From contig JASCQW010000132.1 in assembly GCA_030264375.1 (NCBI GenBank), positions 81,283,860 to 81,347,859 on the forward strand: a DNA stretch of 64,000 nt, read 5' to 3'. Positions 51,204 to 64,000 of this stretch are shown here, piece by piece. Within the stretch, counting starts at the first letter, position 1; every line of letters begins with the position of its first letter. The position numbers and the translations under genes are program-made. The notes under the pieces are model-generated. The model was not told where the DNA came from and ran no database searches. It worked only from the letters and a program-made list of their open reading frames with translations. Origin of the DNA: Carcharhinus longimanus. Lineage: Eukaryota.

Positions 51204-54200
51204 NNNNNNNNNNNNNNNNNNNNNNNNNNNNNNNNNNNNNNNNNNNNNNNNNNNNNNNNNNNNNNNNNNNNNNNNNNNNNNNNNNNNNNNNNNNNNNNNN
51301 NNNNNNNNNNNNNNNNNNNNNNNNNNNNNNNNNNNNNNNNNNNNNNNNNNNNNNNNNNNNNNNNNNNNNNNNNNNNNNNNNNNNNNNNNNNNNNNNNNNN
51401 NNNNNNNNNNNNNNNNNNNNNNNNNNNNNNNNNNNNNNNNNNNNNNNNNNNNNNNNNNNNNNNNNNNNNNNNNNNNNNNNNNNNNNNNNNNNNNNNNNNN
51501 NNNNNNNNNNNNNNNNNNNNNNNNNNNNNNNNNNNNNNNNNNNNNNNNNNNNNNNNNNNNNNNNNNNNNNNNNNNNNNNNNNNNNNNNNNNNNNNNNNNN
51601 NNNNNNNNNNNNNNNNNNNNNNNNNNNNNNNNNNNNNNNNNNNNNNNNNNNNNNNNNNNNNNNNNNNNNNNNNNNNNNNNNNNNNNNNNNNNNNNNNNNN
51701 NNNNNNNNNTGGGCAGACCTGCTGGAGGAGCTCAAGTGAGTTCATCGCTCAGGGGGGAGAGAGTCATGCCTGGGTACTATCCCCTGGCAATGCATTAAAA
51801 AAATTAAGTTGCTGATGGAATGTCATAGGACACACCTTCCAATTTCTTTCACAACAAATATATATTTGTTACCAAATATTAACCATATTAAAGAAGCTTT
51901 TTTACAACTTACAGCAACCAACTTGGCAATTCCTATTTCCAAAAGAAAAGCGATGTGCATACTTGAGCTAGGAAACATTGCACCCCATGTTCTGACTGCT
52001 AAGAGCTTGTGGCTGAGTTAGTGTTAGTCAAATTACAGCGTTTGTAATTAATCTTTAGAATATTGTGATTGCTTTTTTCATAAAAGGTTGGTTAGCTCAC
52101 TAGATACCAAGAGTGTAAAGCAGAATAATACCAGCCTTGTGGGTTTAATCCCTATACCGGTTGAAGTAGTTCATTGAAGCCAACCCTCTTACCTGGCCCC
52201 ATGCTTGATGTTGGGCACTGCCCTTCAAATACTATAAACTAATGGGCAGGATTTTCTGATCCCGTTCTTGGGCCAGTTTGGTGGCAGGAGCGGAAAATCT
52301 TGTGAGAGGCTCAAATCAGGTTTTACTTTGGTGGGAAGTCTCATCACAATTGCCCCCATCTCCAACCAAGGAAGTATTGGGAATCCCGACATTCAACACC
52401 AGGAACTCCATTGTCATAATTCTGAGGTAATTGTCAGGCCTCTATGTCTGATAATCCACCCCCCTCTTCCCCCTGCCAGTTAGATTATCCATTGATGTCA
52501 GTGTGAGGGCACGCCAGTATGAATTACAATTGGTCTCCCATGGTTTGCAAGTAATGAGCAGACTTGCTGGGGGAGATCAAGTGAGTTCATTGCTCAGGGG
52601 GGAGTGGAACATGCCTGGACGGTTCCTACCCCTGGCACTGTGCATTAAGAAAATCAAGTTGCTGATGGAGCGCCTTAGGACCCATATCTTCCAATTTCTT
52701 TTCTATATCACTAGTGATATGGCTTTTCCCACCCTGCTGCCACAATGTAAGAAAATGATCAAATTCCGCCTGCTGTATTTCTCTAATAGAGAGAGGTTCC
52801 TGTGGTTCTCTATGGCTAATTACCTACTTTTTTTTATAAAAGTCATACAGATGGGAATGATCATTACTTCAAGAAACAGAAGCTGATACAGCTAATGAAG
52901 GCATGTCTTTGATTCTCCATGCAGTCAGTGCATGATCCACTGCCAGTATTTGAATTGATGGTAAATTACCAGTTTAACAACACTCTTTGAACAGCATTAT
53001 GAAAGAGGGTTGTACAGTTTTAAACTGCCGAATTTTACAGGGAGTATGCAGATATGATTTTTATATCAGGGACCACAAATGGATTTTAGATATGCCTACA
53101 AGTGAGAATCGGCAAATCACAGAGACAGAATCATAATTCTCAGAGCCAGATACGAACAACAATTACAATTTGCATGTGTATAGTATCAAACATGATGGGT
53201 GGAATGAGAAGTAAAGATACCACTATTGTACCTGTATTGGATACCAGGAGAAATTTAATAGTGAATACTTCTTGAAGTAAATTGACATTCTACCAAAAGA
53301 TTTACCCAATTTCTGTGCTTGCACAAATAAAATAATACAGTTTTATTATGGTTCCATAATCATATTTGGTTTTGGTTTTGTTTCATTTGAAGGAAACTGT
53401 ATTTTAATGAAACTTGTGAATAAAATTTTCAAACGTTGGTACTTGAGGTAATGGAAAGAGCAGACAATGCATGGCTAAATCTCGAGCTAGGATTTTGTCA
53501 ACAGCATGTCATTCCCAATGTGTCATTCCCAATGTGGTAAACAGAACTAGGACTCATTTTCACTTTCACTCTTTTTGCCGTTTCCCACATGATAACAATT
53601 ATAAATCCAAGTGTTTGCGGTGTGTTTGGAAAATGTGTGTGATTGAATGGTGGGGGAAGTTTCTTGTTGGTGTAAGCAGCCATCAGCTGAGAATGCTGCA
53701 TCTACAGGCAGCCTATTAAAGAGTCTGCTGGTTAGACACAGAGGCTCTGCATCAAGGCCACAATGTTACTGCTCAAATCCATTCCATTAACACAAGACTT
53801 CAGAGCATAAAGATGGCAAGGGTGCTCCTCAAAATTAAACTTCACTTGTAAATATTTCACAGTACATTGGTAGATGGTGTTGCACAGTGGGTAGCAACCC
53901 TACCTCTTCAGCAGAAGCTCTGGGTTCATGTCCAGCTCCAGGACCCACTGACCACAGAGGGAACCTTCATAATGCAGTTCAATGGGCCGATAATCAGCAC
54001 AGGAATTCTTTCACTATTTCCCCCACTATTCCCCAAAAGGAAAAAACAACACGAGTATGAAGATATGCTTTAAAAAAGTACATTGGTCACACTCTACTCA
54101 TGTGTGCATTATTATTATTTGTAGAAACTAGTTTATTTAGAGCTAAACGTATTAGCACGCCTCATGGTTGGTACACATTGATGGTTGCAGAAGAGTTAGG

Positions 54201-55120
54201 GACATTCTGTTTTTTGTGGAAGAAGCAATTAAGAACAAAGAACAACACAGCATGGGAAACAGGCCCTTTGGCCCAACGAGCCCGCGCCGCCATCTTAACA
54301 ATGTGTTTTTCCTACACCACCCTTGATCCATGTGTTTTTGTTTTCACATTTTAGTGAGCGTTTGTGGTAGTGCTGTACACACCACTGTGTGTGACACAGC
54401 TGGACTTGTAGGCTCAGTTGGCCCTTCCTTTTGTGGATTACAAAGGACCTTGTCTGAGATCACTCTCAGTGAGATAAATAAAACAAATAAACTCAAAATC
54501 CTGTAAGGCCTCTGCCAGCCAACATTCTGAGATGGACTCACATTTGAACAATACTGACACTGCCCTTTAGTCCACTAATGGGCTGAATGGCCTCCTACTA
54601 CACTGTAGGGATTCTATGATTCTAATTCACTTAGTTCGACTGACGGTCCCCACCACCCTCCTACCCCACCACACACAACCCTCTCTCCCCCACCACACAC
54701 CACATTCCCCCACTGCACACCAGACCACNNNNNNNNNNNNNNNNNNNNNNNNNNNNNNNNNNNNNNNNNNNNNNNNNNNNNNNNNNNNNNNNNNNNNNNN
54801 NNNNNNNNNNNNNNNNNNNNNNNNNNNNCAAAGGCATTCTGAAGCTAATGAAAATCCCACAAAAATGTGCATTTATCTGTTTTAATTTTTGTGATGCTGA
54901 TTGAAGGATAAATATTGTCCAGTGCATTAGGGATAATCTCCCTGCTCCTCTTTGAAATAATCTGCATCCAGCTGAGAGACGGACAGAGCTGCGGTCTATT
55001 GTTTCATCCAAAAGACAGTGCAGCCCTCCCTCAGCATTGCACTGGAGTTATTTGACAGCAGACACTTCCTTCATTGTGCGAGATGTTGGAGCTGGCCTCA
55101 CAGGGCTCAAATGTTGATTT

Positions 55121-55407
55121 CATAGAATCCACACAGTGCAGAAGGTGGCTATTCAGCCCATCAAGCCTGAACTGACCACAGTCCCATATTCTTGTAACCC
55201 CACACTCCTTGACACTAGGATCAATTTAGCATGGCCAATCAACCAAGCCTGCACATCTTTTGGACTGTGGGAGGAAACTGGAGCACCCGGAGGAAACCTT
55301 TGCAGACACAGGGAGAATGTGCAAACTCCCCACAGACAGTGAACCAAGGGTGAAATTGAACCCAGGTCCCTGGCACTGTGAGGCAGCAGTGACACCACCG
55401 TGTCACC
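55121..55407 (-). mobile_element. HE1-like SINE
   Basis: Full reverse copy. Confidence 0.85.
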
Positions 55408-56859
55408 ATTACACCCATTTCTCTCCTGGCTGAATGTGGCTTCGTGTGCCTGCTTTGTAGCTGAGTGGGAATTTTCAGTGAAGCAGCTAAGGGATGGAGA
55501 CCATGTTCTTGTATTTTTTTTACTTGACTGAGAGAAGCACCTCGTTACAATTAGGAATTTATCTCTTAAAACCACTTATTTTTCAAATGATCATTAAGTT
55601 CTGACGTAAGAATGTTTGGTCTATTCCCCCAACCTCATTGCAGCTCACTGCCTGAGAGCGAAAAGCACCAACATGCCCTATGTGTTACACATCATTTCAG
55701 CCAGACATGCCATCACTGCTGCTGTGCATGCATCAGGTCTCTGAGGAATGCAATTACTTTTTCCCTACAATTGCAACGTGTTATCACCATCTGCCCAGTG
55801 CTGCCTGAAGCAGGCCCGCCCAGTTAGCTGGTCTTGTGGGCAACCAAATGTGAAAATTAGGGCTTCTGCCTCCTCTCTATGATACGAGTACTTAATTTTT
55901 TAAAGACTTTGCAATTATAGTAGACATCGCACAAGCTACAGCAAAATGAACAAACTGAGGGGGCGATCCCCCAGGGCTGCCAACTGCAACCGAAGATTCC
56001 CGACGACTTGTTGATTGGGATTCTTGCCAGGCATCAAATCCATTGCGAGTCTCCCGGCCCGCTGCACCTGGCCAGATCAGGTTCTCACCCAGAGCGGCTG
56101 AGCAGCTGATCAGAACAAACTTAAATACATCTGAATACAATTAGCAGGCTGGAGGTCTGATTCAACAGCCTGTCTGAATGCTCCCCCTACCCCAAAACGG
56201 GAAGTTCCAATGGGTGCCAATTAGTCCTGGTGCAGACAATCGGGAACCAGGCACTGCAGACTTCGAGCGGTGGGGGGGAGGTCACGGAGCTAAGTACTGC
56301 CCCCAACTGTGCCCATGGGCTGCTCTGTTGCTGCCAGGCTGCAGAGAGGGGATCGTCAAGGGACCTGGCGCTGGGTGAGGGCACGAGCTGTGGTGGAAGA
56401 GACTGATCTCATGTCTCTCCCTCTGAATGGGGCTGTCATGATTTCTCCTTGTTGCCCCAGCAGTTCTGAAACCTCTTAGAACTGCTTTGATTAACAGCTC
56501 CAAACAGATCAAAGAGGGGATTAACCAAGGTTTGTTTCCATAAGAAACTCAGGGTCCATTAGCTGCTAAAAACGTTTCTGATTGGCAGCTCTAGGCAGAT
56601 CAAACAGTTTATTTTTTAACAATCAGTTCACATTCTATTGAGCCTGAAGTGCTTTCTCTTCACCACACTTATTCTGTCTGGCCTCATTTTCTTTAAGGCT
56701 GCATTTCTTTCAAATCTCTGATCTTTCTTAGAAAGCAGATATGCTTTCTAATACTGTTTTTTTCACCATTGGCCTTTCTTTTCTTGCCTGCAAAGCTTCT
56801 CATAGAACCCATAAGCTTCATATTACCGCTTTTTTCTCTTATTGTTTCTTTTTTTAACT

Positions 56860-57200
56860 CTGTCAAGCTTCAAGGTTGGATAGATTGGGGTTTTTACTTT
56901 TGTGAAAAAGGAGGCTGAGGGAAGATTTAATTGAGGGGCATAAAATAATGAGGGGGCTTTGACAGAGGGGAAATGGAAGGACCTATTTCTAAAAGCAGAG
57001 GAGTCTCTAGGGGCATAGATTGAAAGTGATGGGCTGAAGGATTAAAGGGGAGTAGAGGCGGAAAGTTTCCAAAACATCCAGCGAATGGTTATCCATTAGA
57101 TGTACCATGATCGACGAGATCCTGCCAACGGCTGAAAAATTGATCTCTTTTAACTGGCAGACGTCAGATGGGCTGAATAGCCACATTCTCTGCTGTTATT
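56860..57200 (+). mobile_element. CR1 3' fragments
   Basis: aggaggctgaggg..gatttaattgagg..taaaataatgagggg and gatgggctgaatagcc motifs. Confidence 0.65.
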
Positions 57201-58064
57201 GTCTCTCTGTCTGTTAATAAAATTTCAATGTAGTTCATTGGCACTCTGGGACATTATGAGGACATGATAAGGTGCTATGCAGGTCTTTTCATGATGATTT
57301 TCTCATCATTTTTAGCATCTATGCATGAGATGGTGGGCAGCTGGTCACTGTGAGGTATGCAAAGGCTGATATTGAGCTAACTCTCTCTCCCTATATGGAG
57401 AGTGCATGCTATCCAATGATTAGATTACATTGGAAACTTGTGAGGCTTTATATCCACTAAGCTCTATCTCTCTGCTTTACTGTACACAAGCTCAAAATCC
57501 TAGTGTATTGTGCCACCATGATACTCCTGCCCTAGATACAATTTAAGAACAACATCCCATTCCATTATCATTGGTATGTGTGAAAAATAGAACCATTGAG
57601 ATGCCATTTTCATGGGGAAAACTGCAGGTTTGAATCAGCTACATATCAGATAGTTTCCATGGACATGGAATATCTAATTAATCTTGTAATGAACTAAACT
57701 TTGGGGGAGAAGTTCAGTTACAGGCTTCAATGGTCTTGCTGCAGTAGAAACTGTCAGAGGTGAATCCACAGTTATAACTCCAGAAGATTGGTCTCATAAA
57801 AGATCCAACATGAAATGTGCTCTGCATCCTCATGACATTGGATTATTCCTCCTTCAGTTATTCTGAGAAAAGGAAAAACACAAAATGTTCTTGAATGTCA
57901 GCTGAACAGCTGATCACAGATTTGGGATCGTTAAATGCCTGGTTCCTTGCACGCCTGGTACGTTTGGTCCAGTGCGGGGGGAGGGGGGCATTTTTTTCAG
58001 TTTTAATTTTGTGAATCTCATCCAGTAGTGTTGCCAACACTTTGATTTAATTAGGGAGAGTTGA

Positions 58065-58204
58065 GCCTGAGTGTTTTTAGCTCTGTGATACAGTGATTGC
58101 AGCCTGAGTGTTTTTAGCTCTGTGATACAGTGATTGCAGCCTGAGTGTTTTTAGCTTTGTAATACACAGATTGCAGCCTGAGTGCTTTTAGCTCTGTAAT
58201 ACAC
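58065..58204. repeat. 37-bp minisatellite, ~3.8 copies
   Basis: gcctgagtgtttttagctctgtgatacagtgattgca starting at 58065, 58102, 58139 and 58176. Confidence 0.95.
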
Positions 58205-59265
58205 TGGTCCAGTACATGGGTATATGATGAAGATATCAGAAAATGGCTTCTGGTTGTGAAATTGCAATAACTGCCAAAAGGACATCATAATGGCAGAAAA
58301 GAGGCAATTCCCTTTTTCAAACATATGAAGATACAGGAATGATGGGCCGGAAACAAGCAGGCCATCAAACATGCCCAGCATCATGAAGTCTGAATCATCA
58401 TGGCTGAACACTTTTCACCATCCCTTTTCCCACCTCCTCGAAGCCTTCTAATTTCCTGGGAGCAATAAAGGAAAATAAATCCCAGTTCTGTAAGGGGACA
58501 AAATATTCTGGAAAATTCCCTTCCCCCAATGCTAGAACCGGCACCTGTTTAAACTCTAGTTTTCTTCTGAACTCAATGATATTGTCAATAGTTCTGCACA
58601 CCAGAAATTCCAGAGGAAACCAGAAGAATCCCAATGGAAATTTATTTGCATAGTCTGGGAACACCTGGGAGATTTATCACCATTGCTCGAAAGTGTATTT
58701 TATTTCTACACTCCTTTTCTGTCAATTATGCCTTCTCTTTTGTCTTAAGGTGCTGACTCATTGCCAGAGTATAATATTACAGCTGCTACTCATTCTCCGA
58801 CATCTTCCTCATGTGGCCTCAGGTAAGCCTGGATGATGGATGTCTGCAGGTTACCTAACTATAGGTGGAAGAGAAGCTCAGTCTAACCAGAATACTCATT
58901 GGATAACTGGTCAGAAATTTTAGCTCATTTTCTCTTCTCTAACCTGGGGGACTGCAGCGACCTGCCCAGAACAACCTGAATGGGATGACTGAATTCCAGG
59001 CAAGCTATGGATTCAACTTGGGTAGTCCCTGCTCTGCATGGTTCAGCCTCTCATTGTCTTTGGGGAACCCGTGGAGTTTAAAATGTAAGACATCCCCAGC
59101 CTGGTAAACATAAGCTAACAATCTGCATTATCAGCACTTATTTTTTGTTAAAATTTATTAAGATTCTTTGTATAATTTTGTTACTTTACGAATTCAATCC
59201 AGCTACAATTCCCCCAAAAAACAGATATTTTGCTGCTCCTGTGGGCAACCAAATGTAGAAATTAG

Positions 59266-60200
59266 GGCCAGGAGACACCAGAGGGAGGCATTTCACTGAG
59301 CGCCAATTGTGAGTCTCCCAGGCACTTTCTTTTAGCATGAACACATTATCACATGGAAATATCCTGCACCCATGGGCATCTCCACCCCATCCAACCCCCC
59401 ACTCCCCCCTACTGGGTAAACCCTACTGGTAGGGAGAGACGCCCCGCGGGGGGGGGCGGGGGTCAGGGGCAAGGGGGTACCCCTTCAGCAGTGCCAGCCT
59501 GGCACCCTGGTACTGCCCAAGGGGCACACCAGGAAAAGCCAAGGGGGCAGGGACATAAGAGTGAGGCTTACTGGGGTGGGGCCTATTTGGGAGTACGCAC
59601 TGCCATTTGCAAGTGGGATCAGTGGGAGAGGAAAGAAGGAAGCGATCAAGGCTGGCCATCGGGGAGGGCAAGAATGAGTACATTGGGGCTGGCCATAGAG
59701 GGGTAGGGGAGATTTGGGCAGGTCCGGTTGGAGGTGGAGGTTCTGGTATNNNNNNNNNNNNNATGTTGGCGGGGATGGGGGGGGGCAGTGGGGGAGATTG
59801 GAAAGGCCGGGGGAGGTCAGGAAGGCCAATCATGGGGGTGACGTCAGGAAGCCAGTGATTGGGGGGTTCCAGGGAAGGCCAGCAATCAGTCTGGGGGTTT
59901 GGGGATAAACAGAAGATTAGCAATCAGGAGGCCTACATGAGGCATGGGAGGAAGAGGCACTGTGCATGTGCCAATCCCCACACTGACAGATTGGCGCATG
60001 CGCAGTGGCTTGCTCCACGTTATGCTGCTGGCCTCAGGTGGGAAAAAGCCCATCACTTTTCAGAATGGATCACGCTACAACACTCAGCATTGCACAGAGT
60101 GTCAGAGATTTGTTCAGGTAAATACTCCCAAAAAATGGGCCAGAAATACTCCCATTTCCAGCCATCGGGCGCTTAGTTTTATTTTGGGGGAATGCCGGCC
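59266..60200. mobile_element. GC-rich non-autonomous insertion, probably a DNA transposon
   Basis: Ends gggccagg / ccggcc. It interrupts sequence that is nearly contiguous in the paralogous segment at 55835-55930. Confidence 0.5.
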
Positions 60201-62884
60201 TAGATCTTCTATTTTTGCTCTGTGAAGCTCAATTCTTTTAAACACTTTGCAATTATAGTAGACATTACATATACAGCAAAAGCATTGGATAATAGTCAGT
60301 AAGAATTATAGAAAATTAACAATGCCGACATGATCAGAACAAATCAGTAAAACAGTTAACAAGAATATTCCAACAAAACACTTTGATGAGGAAGGGGATA
60401 AAGCATCAGCCAGGATTTCTACTTCAGCAATTTCTTTTGAAAAGTGTAAATGTGTGGATAAAGGGGATTGAGCTTAATTCTGATGCCCTCCATCTTGAAC
60501 AATTCATTTCTAGATTCATACAATTGCTGCTGGAAAAATGGTACCAAAAAACTCCTGGTGTTCTGGAACTTAACAACAACAGTGAGTCAGCATCTTCAGG
60601 AGAACTGTGGAGGAAAGTTCAGCATAAAAATACACAGCCATGTTCCCTTTGGACCTAGCCATAATATTGTCAAATGTTTGCCTCTTGATGAAATAGGAAC
60701 TCGAGTGTTAAAAGTTAGAGGATTTATGCATGAAGAAAAAATAGTAACAACCAATAAATAAGACCACAGTGTTTTTCTTAATCGTAGCCCACACAGATAC
60801 AAGAAATTGTCTTGGGTTGGAAAGTCTTAATCAGTTACTTAGAGGCTCTCACAGAGGATGTTACAGAGCACTGTGCAAAGCCCAAAATGCTGTGTGTATC
60901 TGGCAGAGATTAAAACTTTTGGAACTTGTCTCCATAAATAAAATCCTGACTATGACAGGATTGTGTCTACAACAGTGGAATTTTTCAGTCATTAAAGATT
61001 TCACAAAACCACATTGATTTGTGATGATTTTATCTTAACACTTAATGATCAGTGCAGCCCACTGTTGTGCTGTATTGCAGAATGGAGTGTGAACTGTACT
61101 GGCAAACTTGCAGTTGTGCTTCAGTGATTGACAGGAAGTATGCTGGTTGTGCCTTAAAGTATTAACACTTAAATGAAGAGTTTGAACTCAATAATCGGGA
61201 CTGCTGGATTATTCCTGCAGTAACTTGCAATATCTCTGAACAATGCATTTTATTACAAGCAAGTAAGAACACATACTAGTATGTTCTGGGAAAGTAATAA
61301 TTAGGTTAGATTGGCCACACTAACAGCAAATTAAGATTTGATATTCTGCTGTTATTGTTAAATATTCAAAAAATGTAAAACATGTTTCCATTTAAAACAT
61401 TTAACATTTTTCAGGGAGGTTTGAAAAGAACAATAGTTCCTTATCAATAGATGACAATTTACACAATGATTTAATTGGGATATTAAATCAAACAATTAGA
61501 AATAACAGCCTGATTGTCTAATTGGAGACTTGTGCTGAAGGCAGCCTGTGTCTCATCAATTTTCTATCATCTTTATCTGGGGAGGAATGGAGGTAAGCTG
61601 TTTGAAGAGGAATGCTGAGAGAGAGCTGCAGAGCAAATGGCATGCAACAGTCACTGTGCAGGACTAGCAACCTAGAGGTTATAAATTCAGATTGGATGAT
61701 GGCAAAAATTAACTGGCAGTTGGAATAAAGCAGTGAAAACTGCAGTCCCAATTGATTTGCTAATGTCCTTTAAGCCTAACCTACATTTAACACCAGTCCT
61801 CCACTACATGAGAAGGTGAAGATTAGTACAAAATAGTGTTAAAAGAACACATATTGCAGGGTATCTGACATAATAGAATAATAAATAGGAATGAATGTGT
61901 TATATACATGAATAAGAAAATGATGGAATTGTACATAAGTATGAACTATATACATCTAGAGCATCATATATAGAGATGGAGACAAAAACAGAAGAGCGAT
62001 ATGAAAGATGAGGTGGATTTATAAGTTGTTCTCATTTTGCGCTGCCAACTATGATATCACACAAACAAGGAAATACAAATTATATCATGATTAGGATGGA
62101 ATGAAAGCAGCTTATAAAAGCATTGGGACTCAGAAATATCACTGTCTTGTATCAATTCATGCGATTACATGTCGGTGCATGTAACAACATTAATTATGTG
62201 TGCAGCATTTGAGGACTTTGAGGGATGTAATGAGGCAATATATACATTAAGCTGTTAAAGTCAGATCTTATTGCCAGCAATTCACTTTTTGGGATGCCTT
62301 TCAACGTTTATTTTTACTTTAAAAACTGGGAGCAATCAAGGGAAATCAGTAGATACCGGTAACCATTTTACTTTTAACATTATTGGAGCTCAGAAAACAA
62401 GAAATGAGTTGAACTAAATGATAGCCCGTGGCTATTTGCAAATCAGGTGTGAAAATTGAAAAGAAAATTAAATTTAGCGAGAAATGTATATCTTCTATGT
62501 GTAACCTAGGCTATTAAATTGCCAACATGGTTTGATTGCTCAGTTGCCAGCAGGGCCCTAAGCTTTGGAATGTTCTCCCAACACCTCACTGTCTCTCTAA
62601 AATGGCCAGGATTTCTCCCATGTCTCCTGCCAGTGGATCTGGTGAGACATTTTAAATTCACTTCATAAGGACCATAATCTCCCTCCAGAGGGCAGGAGTG
62701 GCTGTAAAATCCTGGCCGTGTCTTGAAATATTTTATGATTTTAAAGATATTGTACAAATATAAGTTGTTGTTACATGTAGCTCATATAATACTTCCTTTT
62801 CTCTAAATCTGTTCTTTTATTTGTGTCAAAAGCATCTGTAATTACTTGAAACGCACAATTCACATGATCAGGGTAGATATATGA

Positions 62885-63037
62885 AGGGATGGAATTCTCT
62901 AGCCTTTCCGGCTGGTGGGTGACCCCTTGCAGCAAGTTCTCCCATGGCGGCAGGCGTGTGAGGAATGTACATTGCCATTGACTTTGGTGGGACCAGAAGA
63001 TCCCGCTGGAGGCCTCCAGGGAATTGTAAATCCACCC
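62885..63037. mobile_element. MITE related to 31471, with further relatives at ~62590-62717 and ~63517-63640
   Basis: gggatggaattct ... taaatccaccc inverted ends. Confidence 0.55.
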
Positions 63038-64000
63038 CAACTATGTGCACTAACTACTATCATCGGGGTATTGTTTCCACTTGTTTCAGTTGTTCTTGAA
63101 CTATGTGGCAACATATTTTGCTTTTACCATGTAAACTAGGAACTAATAGAATTCAGATGTCTCCATAATGTATAAAAATGTGTTTTTGACATTGGGAAAA
63201 CTGGGAAACTTTCAGTCCTTGGTAATGACTTTGAAACAGCAAAATAATTATGTCTCTTTAATGGTATATCCTGCTCAGTCCATTAACATAATTAGACTAA
63301 AGGCACAACTGTCATTCAGAAATATGATACAGAAATGCAGTTTGACTTTGCAATCAAGTATTCTGCTAATGAGAATGTGGTATGTATTCACATGTTTTCC
63401 TGTACTGAAAGGAGAGGCAGGTCATGGGGTGTTTGTACATTGGGTTAGTGCCTGAACTCCAAAGGCAAGTGTCACACAAGAGGGACGATAATCACTAATT
63501 TTGTTGTCAAAATGTAGGGTGGGATTTCCTGGCCACGCTCGCCCTAGTCTGGAAATCAACAGTTAACAGACAAGAGGTCAATGGACTTTTGCATAGTCCA
63601 TGTCCTCCCCGCTACAATTCCCTTGGTGGGCAGGATGCTCTATTTAATGTATGCTTCCCTGAGAAGAAAAAATAGTTCAATCATAACTTCCAATGGAGGG
63701 GCAATTGAGGTGGATTGCCACTTTGCTCAATACCCAAATCTAGCTGATTTTACCTCTCCAGACTTTCCAACTTAGGCAGGGCTGATCTGGGGAGTGCAGC
63801 ACATCCCTGTGGCCTGGTATCGAAGGGCTGTAGAGTTGAAGTTAAGTAAGCCCATGCTCCCATATTATAGGGCACTAGCTGCTGTAAACTGGGCACTTTG
63901 TAAAGTCTAGCCAAATTTAAAGGTCCTTGACAACATAAGTGTAAAAGGTAAGTGGGTAGGATTAACGGGGCCAGGGGCACAATTGGATTGGGTTAAGTCA

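Noticed and set aside
58065-58204. CRISPR-like 37-bp repeats
   Set aside because: Units are directly adjacent with no spacers, there are no cas genes, and the context is eukaryotic.
59353-59923. Pro/Gly-rich ORFs and G-tracts as a gene or CpG promoter
   Set aside because: They lie inside a GC-rich insertion, with overlapping low-complexity ORFs on both strands and no recognisable domain.
46200-64000. Further upstream RAPGEF5 exons (SGTPEKILEHLL, LDDFLLT)
   Set aside because: No convincing peptide or U12 donor found by eye. They may lie outside the window or in gaps.

Overview
Repeat-rich vertebrate genomic DNA with several N-gaps. It is most likely from a shark, judging by HE1/V-SINE-like and DeuSINE-like SINEs, CR1 LINEs and Penelope fragments. 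The window holds the 3' part of one minus-strand gene, a RAPGEF5-like Rap guanine-nucleotide exchange factor (REM end, RA-like region, CDC25 domain). I placed 13 coding exons by hand between 46184 and the stop at 8605, with consistent phases. One expected exon of about 55 nt is absent and probably lies in the 9896-10627 gap. The most upstream exon ends a U12-type intron (AC acceptor with TTCCTTGAC branch site). Most ORFs in the supplied track are spurious or transposon remnants (Tigger/pogo, hAT-Charlie, PIF/Harbinger, Gypsy, Penelope, CR1, L2). The most unusual signal is an intronic element of about 250 bp (9621-9895) that joins U1-, U4- (plus an Sm-site-like motif) and U2-snRNA-like segments in tandem. 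All homology calls are from recalled sequences, not searches, and repeat boundaries are approximate.
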